Of a DNA stretch of 64,000 bases, positions 24,985-37,575 are shown one piece after another. Below the pieces are notes generated by a model. It searched no databases. It had not been told where the DNA came from and saw only the letters and a program-made list of their open reading frames with translations. The DNA is taken from positions 21,935,175 through 21,999,174 of the forward strand of contig NC_092677.1 of the NCBI RefSeq assembly GCF_964355755.1, read 5' to 3'. Every line of letters begins with the position of its first letter. Positions within the stretch are counted from its first letter, which is position 1. The translations under genes and the position numbers were made by a program. Source of the stretch: Antedon mediterranea. Its lineage: Eukaryota > Animalia > Echinodermata.

Positions 24985-27537
24985 AGAATCTTCATTTCTT
25001 GCATGTAGCAGAGTTTTAGTATCTTTGTTTTTTACATGTAGCAGAGTTTTAGGATCTTCATTTCATGCATGTAGCAGAGTTTTAGTATCTTCATTTCTTG
25101 CATGTAGCAGAGTTTTAGGATCTTCATTTCATGCATGTAGCAGAGTTTTAGGATCTTCATTTCATGCATCTAGCAGAGTTTTAGGATCTTTATTTCTTGT
25201 ATGTAGCAGAGTTTTAGGATCTTCATTCCATGCATGTAGCAGAGGTTTATGATCTTCATAACTGAGTTTTAGCATCTTTATTTCTTGTATTACTATTTAG
25301 CAGAGTTTTAGAATCTTCATTTCATGCATGTAGCAGAGTTTTAGTATCTTCATTTCTTGCATGTAGCCGAGTTTTAGGATCTTCATTTCATGCATGTAGC
25401 AGAGTTTTAGGATCTTTATTTCTTGTATGTAGCAGAGTTTTAGGATCTTCATTTCATGCATGTAGCAGAGTTTTAGGATCTTCATTTCATGCATGTAGCA
25501 GAGTTTTAGGATCTTCATTTCATGCATGTAGCAGAGTTTTAGGATCTTTATTTCTTGCATGTAGCAGAGTTTTAGGATCTTCATTTCATGCATGTAGCAG
25601 AGTTTTAGGATCTTTATTTCTTGCATGTAGCAGAGTTTTAGGATCTTCATTTCATGCATGTAGCTGAGTTTTAGTATCTTCATTTCATGCATGTAGCAGA
25701 GTTTTAGGATCTTCATTTCATGCATCTAGCAGAGTTTTAGGATCTTTATTTCTTGTATGTAGCAGAGTTTTAGGATCTTCGGATCTTGCTGTAGAAGAGT
25801 TTTAGGATCTTAAAGCTCTCTGATCTTTATGAAATAGCGTTATATAAATGTTGCAATATTGTCTTCATTTCTTGCATGTAGCAGAGTTTTAGTATCTTCA
25901 TTTCTTGCATGTAGCAGAGTTTTAGGATCTTCATTTCATGCATGTAGCAGAGTTTTAGTATTTTATTTCTTGCATGTAGCAGAGTTTTAGGATCTTCATT
26001 TCATGCATGTAGCAGAGTTTTAGGATCTTTATTTCTTGCATGTAGCAGAGTTTTAGGATCTTCATTTCATGCATGTAGCTGAGTTTTAGTATCTTCATTT
26101 CATGCATGTAGCAGAGTTTTAGGATCTTCATTTCATGCATCTAGCAGAGTTTTAGGATCTTTATTTCTTGTATGTAGCAGAGTTTTAGGATCTTCGGATC
26201 TTGCTGTAGAAGAGTTTTAGGATCTTAAAGCTCTCTGATCTTTATGAAATAGCGTTATATAAATGTTGCAATATTGTCTTCATTTCTTGCATGTAGCAGA
26301 GTTTTAGTATCTTCATTTCTTGCATGTAGCAGAGTTTTAGGATCTTCATTTCATGCATGTAGCAGAGTTTTAGTATTTTATTTCTTGCATGTAGTAGAAG
26401 TTTAGTATCTTCATTTCTTGCATTTAGCAGTTTTAGGATCTTCATTTCATGCATGTAGCAGAGTTTTAGGATCTTCATTTCATGCATGTAGCAGAGTTTT
26501 AGGATCTTTATTTCTTGCATGTAGCAGAGTTTTAGGATCTTCATTTCATGCATGTAGCAGAGTTTTAGGATCTTTATTTCTTGCATGTAGCAGAGTTTTA
26601 GGATCTTCATTTCATGCATGTAGCTGAGTTTTAGTATCTTCATTTCATGCATGTAGCAGAGTTTTAGGATCTTCATTTCATGCATCTAGCAGAGTTTTAG
26701 GATCTTTATTTCTTGTATGTAGCAGAGTTTTAGGATCTTCGGATCTTGCTGTAGAAGAGTTTTAGGATCTTAAAGCTCTCTGATCTTTATGAAATAGCGT
26801 TATATAAATGTTGCAATATTGTCTTCATTTCTTGCATGTAGCAGAGTTTTAGTATCTTCATTTCTTGCATGTAGCAGAGTTTTAGGATCTTCATTTCATG
26901 CATGTAGCAGAGTTTTAGTATTTTATTTCTTGCATGTAGCAGAGTTTTAGGATCTTCATTTCATGCATGTAGCAGAGTTTTAGGATCTTTATTTCTTGCA
27001 TGTAGCAGAGTTTTAGGATCTTCATTTCATGCATGTAGCTGAGTTTTAGTATCTTCATTTCATGCATGTAGCAGAGTTTTAGGATCTTCATTTCATGCAT
27101 CTAGCAGAGTTTTAGGATCTTTATTTCTTGTATGTAGCAGAGTTTTAGGATCTTCGGATCTTGCTGTAGAAGAGTTTTAGGATCTTAAAGCTCTCTGATC
27201 TTTATGAAATAGCGTTATATAAATGTTGCAATATTGTCTTCATTTCTTGCATGTAGCAGAGTTTTAGTATCTTCATTTCTTGCATGTAGCAGAGTTTTAG
27301 GATCTTCATTTCATGCATGTAGCAGAGTTTTAGTATTTTATTTCTTGCATGTAGTAGAAGTTTAGTATCTTCATTTCTTGCATTTAGCAGTTTTAGGATC
27401 TTCATTTCATGCATGTAGCAGAGGTTTATGATCTTCATAACTGAGTTTTAGCACCTTTATTTCTTGTATTACTATTTAGCAGAGTTTTAGAATCTTCATT
27501 TCTTGCATGTAGCAGAGTTTTAGTATCTTCATTTCAG
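24985..27537. repeat. 30-bp minisatellite (gcatgtagcagagttttaggatcttcatttca..) with higher-order structure
   Basis: Obvious tandem units. An ~85-bp interruption recurs at 25780, 26195, 26740 and 27155, and identical lines occur at a 960-bp offset. Confidence 0.97.
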
Positions 27538-27995
27538 TTTAGCATTTAAAATCACCATTATTATTATTATTATTATTATAATTTCCTACATAAAATAAAA
27601 TTGTATGTGCAATATACATTTAAATTTCAAAATTAGTCTTTAGATTAGATTTTGTCTAGCAAAAAGTTTTTGAAAGAGAGAAAAATATCAAGCATTACTG
27701 CTCTGTGATTGCTTATCATGGTGGTATTTAATTTTGAAAGCATCATATTCTGTATATATATATAAATCCAAAGGCAAATTACTAAAAAAATGACAATGCT
27801 GTGGGTATCAAATATATATATATTTATATATTTATATCTTATTATATACAATAGTAGTATTACAATTCAAAATCTGATTATTTCATGGATGGAAAATAGG
27901 CTCTAAATTGACTGTTCTAAAAGCAATAATTACAATATAACCTTTCATATATATTTCACTTTCTAATATTGTATTTTGTGGTTGATTGAATACAG

Positions 27996-28064
27996 ATTTA
28001 TCAACAAGATCAGAATCACAACCTGACCCAGTGGTTCAGCAACTACCAGATCCGGAAGTTCAAA
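27996..28064 (+). CDS. FHOD3: Formin small exon, 69 bp, phase 1-1 (LSTRSESQPDPVVQQLPDPEVQ)
   Basis: tacag acceptor, A|gttagt donor, open frame. Confidence 0.7.
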
Positions 28065-31000
28065 GTTAGTATTCAGTCATTATTTAACAAATTTTACTGT
28101 AGTTAAAATATTGCTTAGAAAAGAATATTCTGTAGGTTTGATTGCAATTGGTGGAAATGGTGGACTGAAGACATGGAAACAGGATAGATTGTAAACAATA
28201 ACCTTGATGATTTAATAACAGTATGTTAAAAAATGTATACAAGTCATATACAAAATAGCAGTAAGAAATGTTTACCTTCCTCGTACAATCCTATAAAACT
28301 GAATGTATTTTATTAAAATTTGTATTAACTAGATTTGTTTTTATGAAGTAAAGCATTAAATGTGCTAATATTTCTCACATACTGGTACTTAGTACTTCTA
28401 TACCTCAAAATTGTAATCTACAATGTTGCACTCGTTTTGTAATGTTCTTATTTATATTAGCTATATTAACAAGGTACTGTGTATAAACATCTTGGTGAAT
28501 TAGTGTTCCAAGTACTTTGGTATGATTGTATACCCAACTCAATTGTAGACATCTGTTCACCATTTTCCTTTATAGAAAGCAATACACTGTACTGGTATAT
28601 GCACATATGATGTGTAGAGAAGTTCTTAGTATAAGTCATCAGCATTTCCAATACAAAAAAAATAAATTAAAAATCTTTTTTGTTTTATAATATAAAGAAT
28701 AAATTATTGATCAATACTATTAATTGCACAGTTAATTAAACACTAATAATAACATAAGAATCTGTATATTAATATTTTAATATTTACTTACAAAGATAAA
28801 TTTCGTGCATGTTATCGTGGATCCCATAGTTATCACCTTTTACAATCACAAAGTGAGTTTTATTTTATAAACAACTTCACAATAAATTTCAGTTTCATTT
28901 ATATGTTTCTTTATTCATTGGAATTCCCCTATTATTACGCTTTTTGTACCCTCTGCTGTTAACAAATTGGCTTGCAATTCCATTTAAATTCTTGGGAAAA
29001 CTTTCTTTGTTATAATCTCTACTAGCAACTAGTAACAGTACAGCTATGAATTAATGCTACGTTTTCATGCGTAACCCTTCATAGCCTATGCGTGGGAAGG
29101 ATCACATAGCCACAAAGCTAAAACGTGCAGAATGTTGCAATAATTTGGAGCTGTACTGTCATCTTGTATTTCAATCCTCTCAAACACATTCTCATTATTT
29201 TCTTGCTTATTTTCATAATCTGTTTTTTTTTTGTGGTTAATATTCGAGTGGATTATAACAATTATTCTTAATTCTATAGTTTTATATGATTTATTTTTTG
29301 TATCTTTACCACAAATATTGATTGAATGGGGACTATAATCTAGTACTTTTTTTAAACCTGAAGATTTTCATTTGGGAAAAGTTTAACCGTTTGAATTTTT
29401 TTTCTCAATTCACAAAATAGCAACTTTTATAAATTAGTATGCTAATAAAATAGTTGTTCAATATCAACTTCTTTTCATTACACTGTTTCTAGTTATCCTA
29501 ACATGCATTGTTCTTCTTTTAATATTAAATTGGTTTCATACACTTTTTGTAATTGTAATTTGTTATATTATGGCAGGCCTCACCTCTTATCAGATCAACT
29601 TGATGGTTGAAAAACTTCAATGACCAAACTCATCCCTCTTGTGACCAAACCAACTAATCTTGTTAAGCAAAGCAATAGTACCTTATCACTTGATTTTAAT
29701 TGATTGGCAGTGGGAAACTAGGTAGCTGCTTTTAGTTAATGTTTGTTGATATTTTTGTTACCATTGAGTCTCATAAAACTGGACTTTATTTGTAATGCTA
29801 ATAAGTTCAAAATTACTATGTAAAATGTCAGAATTAGAAAAAACATTTTTAGCTAGACCAAGCTTGTGTGATTTTGAGAAAAGTTGACTGTATATTCCTA
29901 TACTTTAATTTGTGTAATGATTTTGTTTGTACTTCTATTGTTATTGTATTTTCCAATATTCTTTCTGTCATTGCATATATCCAGCTGTTGAGGCTTTTTT
30001 GGCTTCTCGTAAACTTCTTGCACCTGATAGTAAGTACACCAGTATATCATCTATCATTGCATATTTTACAGTTGCACATTCTCAGTCACATTATTTTTTA
30101 AATTAAAAAATCAATTGATTAAATTATTAATCTTGAAGCAGTGTATAGTACTACAATTAAATCAAACTGCTGTTACTACCAGACTGCTACATCATTGATA
30201 TTCTAACTATTAGTATAATGAGCTTAATATATTGTGACATTTTGTAAAGAAATCAAACCTTAATTGGAAAAAGAACTAGTTGTGTTATTAGCTCAGGTTT
30301 GTTATTATTCAACTCATGTTGTTATTTAGTGAAATCTTTTTTTCTCTTTTCTTGATTTTCTGCATGAAATTTGTGATTTAGTGCATGTAAACTACCGTAT
30401 TAAATATCTGGCAAGGGCTCGATTTTGTACCCCAAATTATTCTCCATTTAAGCCCAGGTGGCTATGTACAGTAGGTTTTAAGGATTTGATATTGGGACGA
30501 AATTACCTATAAACATGCCTTGGTATTACATTGGCAAAAAAATCACTAAATTCTGTTAATTTGGCAGAGCTTCATTATTATCTTGCATGTCAGCTTTAGC
30601 CAACTTTAATAACATTTTAAAAAGTTAATTTAGTTTTTATATGAACAATGAATTTTTTAAGAGATGGCAATATTAGTAAGCAAATTAGTGTGCCCTCTAT
30701 TGTATACAAAATGATTTTATTCTTATTATGGATACACTGGTATTTCGGTGCGATATGCAATGATGATGAATGATATTTTAGTTCCTTTTCGTCCCATTAG
30801 GGCATTAGGCCACTATTGTGGTTTCTGTAACAATTTGATTCAACTGCAGTGATAAATGACTGATGTAATGGACCAGAACACAGTGAAACCCTATAGTCTT
30901 TAAAGATACAGAGAGTTCAACTATGGCTGAGTAGTGGCTTGATACTTTGGCAATATTGTTGCTGTTGTACTTGACTCAAGTGGCCAAGCTAGCTAGTAAT

Positions 31001-31268
31001 AGTTTATTGGCCAGTGAAATCTACTGTGAGATACCCCATGCACTAGTAACATAGAAAAAACAAATCAAGCACTGCACTGATAATAAATTCCATTCTATCA
31101 GAATCACATTAAATGAGATAAATAATTTCTTGTTTAGAATGTAATAATCATACTAGTTTTATTACAGCTAGATTTAAGAAATAATAACAACATTATTGTT
31201 TTTTATTATTTATTTTTAATTTGTGCAGAATGTATAGTGATCCTATAATTATTAATTTCTATATATAG

Positions 31269-31466
31269 CACTACCAAATGGAATTGCTTCTCGTAGAAGA
31301 CGTAGCAAGCAAGAAATTGATGAAGCATCCGAAAAAGAGAGGCGTACTGAAAATTACAATGAAAAAGAAGAATGTTCCCTTTCAAACTGTTCTTCTCTGT
31401 CAAGTCTCAACAAAGAGGCTGGAGATCGGTCATCCTGTGCTTCTAGTATTTCAATAGAAAGTACAG
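31269..31466 (+). CDS. FHOD3: Formin exon, 198 bp, phase 1-1 (LPNGIASRRRRSKQEIDE...SSISIEST)
   Basis: tatag acceptor, CAG|gtatgt donor, 66 open codons. Confidence 0.8.
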
Positions 31467-31650
31467 GTATGTTTTCATATACATTATTTGTCTCTCAATT
31501 TTAAGACAATTCAAACATCCATTACATTTTATTAATGTTTTACACATTTGCATGAATGAATGTGCATGCATATAAAAGATAATTTTAATCCTACATTATA
31601 TTTGATCATTTTAAAAATTGAAATCATTTAACTTTTATTCTTATTTTCAG

Positions 31651-32687
31651 GATCAAATGAAAAAGTTCATTTACCTATGGTCCAAAAATTAGCCAGCAGT
31701 CCTACAGAGACTGCTTTTCATCCTCTAGTGCAATCATTAAAAACAAGTCAAACACAAGATGCTATGCAAGAGCAGATCCAGACAAGTCCCACATCAGATT
31801 CACTAAAAGCAATTAATGGACCACATATTCCTAGTAGCGCTGGCCTGTCGGATATGAAACCACATACTCCTAGTAGCGCTGGCCTGTCAGATACAAAACG
31901 TTATATTCTAGATATGACATATAAACCAGATGACTTACCAACAGCATCACCATCATCCCATTCACGAAAAATATCAACTTGCCTTCACAATTCACCTTCT
32001 ATTATTACAAGAATGGAAAGTTTGAATTCTCCATCTACCCTCTTATTACCACAGAAAGACATTTTAAATAATTTTGGAAAAGTACAATCTGTTCAGGACA
32101 AGCTGCAATTACAGTCTTCACCTGAAGGAACAGTAGCAGAAGAATCTAGCCGTCGTGGTGATGTTAGTGGTGCTATTAGCCAAGCAATTCAAGATTTAAG
32201 TCGTACAAACCCACCAGGATCAATATCAGAGGAAGAATCAATCCCAAATCCACACGAAGAACGCAAAAAAGAATGGGAAAAGATCTTGCATATGAACAAA
32301 CGTGAGCTACGTATTATGAATTGGGACTTCACTGACCTAAATACTGAAGATGATGATGATATTTTAGATTATTTAACACCAATGTACTTTCTGAATGGTG
32401 TACCACCACCACCTCCAGTTAGTGGGGCACCAATGTTTATGCCACCACCGCCACCTATTGTCAACTCGCACAATAGTACGTTGAAAAGGACACCTGATGA
32501 AATAAATAAGAAAAAGAAAACGGTAAGACTACATTGGAAGGAAGCTAACTTGGAGCATCCGGTGTTCTCTTCCATAAAAGAGGGTTCTCAGACAGGTACA
32601 ATCTGGGAAACGCTATCATCAGTAAAATTAGATTGTGACAAACTTGAACATTTGTTTGAGAATCGCACTAAAGAATTGTCGATCAAG
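31651..32687 (+). CDS. FHOD3: Formin exon: Ser/Pro-rich linker, FHOD pre-FH1 motif, FH1, FH2 lasso
   Basis: ttttcag acceptor, AAG|gtaaat donor; RELRIMNWDFTDL, two PPPPP tracts, KKKKTVRLHW, IWETL, KLEHLFE. Confidence 0.93.
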
Positions 32688-34517
32688 GTAAATTATTATT
32701 ATGTAATTATTATTATTATTATTATATAACCGAATAATTAATCTACAAAAACATAAAAAGATCAATCTGAATATAATCAATTGATGCATGGATGCAATAT
32801 TCATTTAGATTACATTTTTACCATTTTCACATTTTGAGTTGGTCATGAGCCTACAAGAACAACCACCACTACATACAGACAAGACCAGCTTTTAATATAT
32901 GATCAATCGAGCAATGGTTATGTTATTGCTTCAAAAGTTTACAATACCATCCATCTGGGAAAAACAAGTCAGACAGTTATATCTGGTTTTTTCTGTAGTC
33001 CTATGTAGCTTATATTTTATTATTATATTTTTTTAATACTGTACTATAATATTTTTAGAAATGTTTATATTATAGACCTGAACCACATATGCCTTGTATA
33101 GAGTAGTATGCTCAAATTGAAAACAAAATAATAGTAATAATAATGTTCGTTTTACCTTTCCCTTCATTACGTGCCAATTTATATACTAAAACTTTCATTT
33201 ACAAAAAAAGGAAGAGTCCCTAAACAATTATTCAATTCCTAAATGTTAATTTTATTTCATATTTTGTTTTCAAGTTTGGCACTAGTTTTAGTGTATGAAG
33301 TAAGCTTCAATCCTTTTTCTAACTTGCTTTTTGATATTTTTTCTGATTTGTTTTAAATTTTTGCTCAAATACCTCACTGGCTGATGCTTGATTTGCATGT
33401 ATACAGGACCAGGTTAGTACACATTTAGCTTTTTTACTGACTGTCCAATGTTTAAGAAGCCAATTTGTAACGATCATTTAAATTATGCAGTACAAATTAA
33501 CAGTATTTAACCATAACATGAAGTTTCCTTAGAAAAACATTAGCAGTTTAAAAGAAAGGTTTATGTTATTGTACAGTAATATTTGTAAAATTTGTTGGAA
33601 CTGTAACTTGTCCTCTTACATGATAACAAAGATGGTATACAATCTTTGACAATTTCATTTCATGACTGCCAATTCATAAGCCATGATTTTATTTACATAA
33701 GCTATTTTTTATATACATGTTTTGCGGTCAATTTCCCACTAACTAAATGTACATATTCTCTTTTTTTACACCAGCCCCATCATGGTTGGGGCTGAGGTGG
33801 TTGAGACCGTCTCACACACAACCTCTTTATATTTTAATACAATTAATAGTGATTGGTTGGTCTATGAAAGGCTCCACTTTTTAAAAATTTGAACCCTTCC
33901 ATTAAAATCCTAGTTATGTTCCTGTGCTATGATGCAATTGTTGTGATCTAAACATCTTGCTATGCTTGAATGCCCTTATTTAATACAGTTATAACAATAC
34001 TACCTCTCTGATTGTTTTGAAATATTATTGTACGCTTTCTCTATGCTAGATTTAAAACTGAGCACATACAATTTTTGTTCACTTAAAATGAATTAGTGGT
34101 ATGCCTGTAGACCATAACACAAACATTGCATTAGCTTTCAGCATTATCTGCTGAATGATCTCAGTATAGTTTATTTTATATTTATTAAATCATTTGCTGA
34201 TCATTTTTGTGGTAATAAATAATATAACTAATACTAAGTGTTCCTAAATTAAATGGTTGTTATATTCAATCCCTTACCGGTATATTGTTTATACTTTACA
34301 GAAGAGTAACATTACAGTATTTACCCATGTGTAATTGGTCTAGCTGCTATTCACTTTGATTTACTCAATATTTATATTCCTAAATTTGTTCATCCTTTAT
34401 AGCTCATATAATATACCTAAATCGACTGACATAGCTTGAAAATATTTTTAATTTGTTTTTTCATTGTAAAATTAAAATTACAATTCATAAACTACTCTTT
34501 TTAATGTACTTTTTTAG

Positions 34518-34673
34518 AAATCCGATTCTGTGAAGAAAAATGTTTTAACAGTACTTGATCACAAGCGTTCAAATGGTATCAACATTGGATTGACAGTTTT
34601 ACCTCAACCTCGTACAATTAAACAGGCTATTCTAAACATGGATAGCATCTCAATTAATAAAGAAGGAGTAGAG
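34518..34673 (+). CDS. FHOD3: Formin FH2 exon (VLDHKRSNGINIGLTVLP...KEGVE)
   Basis: FH2 motif with the conserved Ile; tag / GAG|gtaaga; phase 0-0. Confidence 0.95.
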
Positions 34674-35598
34674 GTAAGATATAATACTTTATTAGCATAC
34701 TATACTTTGTTTAAGTTAAGTTAGATAATTAGTTAGCGACAATTAAAACGAATTGTCCCAAATAGATTGGGGTATACACTGTCTAATGGATGTCGATGCC
34801 GAAAAATACCCGCACACAATGATACGAGGATGCTTCGCATTTATCTATCTCCCTCTACGATAATTGTTTTTAATAGCTGAAAATTGGTTAAACAGCTCAA
34901 GTACAGCATCATAATGTTGAAGACAAGCCGATTTTCTTTAAAAAAAATAGTATTTTGATTTTGGCGATAATAATATTCCAATCTCTCTTCCACAAGTGTC
35001 TATTCTACCACCCTCTCCTCAATGTCATGAGTAGCATTGTAAAGCCAGTACTTTATTTCAATTGATCAGACAGTTAAAATATATAATTACATAAACACTG
35101 AAAATGCTAATGCCATACCGGTATACCATATAATAACTTTCTAATAATAGTAATTAACCTGAGTTAGTTGCTTTCATAAGCACAGTTAACGGAAACTTTA
35201 GTGGGTAGGAACCAACTTACCCGTGTAAATAACGTACCGTATTAACTGGCTCTAAGAGGTGTTTTTCACAAACTGTTTCAAATTATATAAGCACATATAC
35301 AAATAAAATTTATTCTCAATGTTTGTATTAATTTATACTTTAATTACAAAAAATATAAACTTTGTAGCGGTGTATCATTATGTGTACTTACTATGACTAT
35401 GACAGTGAAAGTTTCAATTAAATTGCAATGTTTTACTATGTTTGGTGGTATATTATTTGTAAAACATGAAAACAATTAATATTTCGTTACTGAATGAATA
35501 AAGAATATAATTATTTAAAAATTGTTCCTCTTTGCACCCATCCTCTTCCCCATCCCTCAACCCTATATGATAAACTGAATATTTACCATTTTTTCAAG

Positions 35599-35781
35599 AA
35601 ATTACTGACATTAGTGCCTTCTGATGAAGAGATTAAGCTAATCCAAGATGCTATGGCTAATCATCCTGATGTACCACTTGGATCAGCTGAGCAGTTTCTG
35701 ATGACGATGTCTTCCATCAGTGGATTAAAAGCTAGGCTGAATCTATGGTTGTTTAAGATGGATTATGAAACCTTAGAACAG
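35599..35781 (+). CDS. FHOD3: Formin FH2 exon (KLLTLVPSDEE...LGSAEQFL...ARLNLWLFKMDY)
   Basis: FH2 knob sequence; caag / CAG|gtaaat. Confidence 0.95.
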
Positions 35782-36032
35782 GTAAATCAACAAATTATTA
35801 TACTACAATTTACCTATTTTTCACAGTTTTGGCTTTGTATCGCAGATGAAGACATCATAAAAAGTATTCAGACTTTAATTTGTCACCAATCATGAATCAA
35901 TTGTTAATTTGATTGGTTGGTGATTTGACTGTCTTTCACTTAAATAACTTAAGATCCTTCAAATTAATTTATATTTGATCAAACACTTTAAACAAATTCT
36001 GTACTGTTATTTTATTTTAATTTATACATCAG

Positions 36033-36152
36033 GAGGTAGCTGAACCACTTGCTGATTTGAAACAAGGCATTGAAGATTTGAAATCATCAAAAACATTGAA
36101 ATACATTCTTGCAACATTACTTGCCATTGGTAACTTCCTTAATGGAGTACAG
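36033..36152 (+). CDS. FHOD3: Formin FH2 exon (EVAEPLADLK...LLAIGNFLNGVQ)
   Basis: GN(F/Y)(L/M)N signature; cag / CAG|gtaaaa; absent from the ORF track. Confidence 0.95.
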
Positions 36153-36938
36153 GTAAAATATATATCACTCAGTTACTGTCAGTTACCGTCATAAAAAGTC
36201 GCCCCAACCGGACCCTCTGCTTGATATGCAGATGTCCTAAGCTTTAACATTCTCGGTGTGGTACAGCGGAACAGCACTTGTTCCTCAATTGTACGCACGC
36301 ACAACAGATAAACACATCAGGCACAGAACATTATTGACTACATACCTCCTTGGCCGAGTTAAATAAATAATAATATCGAACATTTAACATTGGTGTTAAA
36401 CTGGTGGTCCAAATGCTTGCTTTGTATATGCCCGGTATATTGATCAGTTTGAATGTTGCAGAAGAGCAGCCTATAAAAAAACAAATATAACAAATAACAA
36501 ATCCATTCATGCAGTCAAATGTAAAAATATTCTATACCATGTTTAAACCAAAATAACTATGTGGATTAGAGAGATGTATTTTGAATGCATCTAAAAACTG
36601 TTCTTACCTTTGTTATGGGCATGTTGTCCATTATTGTCTCAGGATAAAGTTCCACAAGGTCGAACAGTATATCTAAAAGGATAATAATGGCATCTGTGTC
36701 TACTGTTTATCATCTATATGACAACCAGTACCATACCAGTGTCACTAGGCTGACACAATATTTTTTTTTCAATAAAGTCACGAACTATATGTGAAGGAAA
36801 GAAATACTAGGAAAGAAGGAATTAATATAATTCATTTTGGCAAATATAATTTACTTTGCTTCATTGTTTATTTATACAAAATTAATTGACACTTATATTA
36901 CCAGTAAACATTGAGAATTGTACTTTTATTTTTCTTAG

Positions 36939-37100
36939 GCCAAAGGTTTTAATCTAGAATATCTTGCCAGAGTACCAGAAGTTAAAGATACAGTGCATAA
37001 ACAATCCCTCCTCCATCATCTTTGTAGCATGGTAATAGAGAAGTTTCCAGATAGTTCAGATCTGTACAGTGAATTAGCATCTATAAGTCGTTGCTCAAAA
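36939..37100 (+). CDS. FHOD3: Formin FH2 exon ([28 protein letters not shown]...RCSK)
   Basis: FH2 post region with the conserved Lys; ttag / gtaagc. Confidence 0.95.
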
Positions 37101-37459
37101 GTAAGCAGTTTAGTTATAATTTTGATAAACATAATTCCATGTGATATTGTTAAAGAAAAACCAAAAACTTCATCGAATTCTGATGCAAAATATATTCTAT
37201 TTTATTAATGCTTAAAGTAAACATAATTTAAAAATAACAAATAGATGATTTCCTTATATTTGTGAATAGTGGACAAATTTATTGAAATACAATTTTTTAT
37301 AATTTTGGTATCTTTTTTTCATCACCTTGTCTCAATTATTCTCAGTTAGTTGATGCATTATGATTGAAAGCCATGAAATCATAAAACAAAATGTTGAATT
37401 CCACGAATATCAGAGAATTTCAACAAATTTTCTTTAGTAAAGTAATCTATTCATTTTAG

Positions 37460-37575
37460 GTTGATTTTGAGGTGCTTGCTGTTACACTAGAGAGAATGGA
37501 GATTCAATGTAAGCAGTCCTGGGAACATTTGAGAGTCATCTCCAAGCATGACAGCCATTCCCAACTAAAAAACAA
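37460..37575 (+). CDS. FHOD3: Formin FH2 exon (VDFEVLAVTLERMEIQCKQSWEHLRVISKHD)
   Basis: FHOD-like CK.SW.HL..I.KH; ttag / gtaagt; phase 0-2. Confidence 0.93.

Noticed and set aside
24985-27537. CRISPR-like array or repetitive protein (MHEMKILKLCY)n ORFs
   Set aside because: Units are contiguous with no unique spacers and no cas genes. The ORFs arise because the 30-bp unit is stop-free in some frames.
29577-29623. Another phase-1 terminal exon (LTSYQINLMVEKLQ*)
   Set aside because: Weak acceptor tract and a short frame; could occur by chance.
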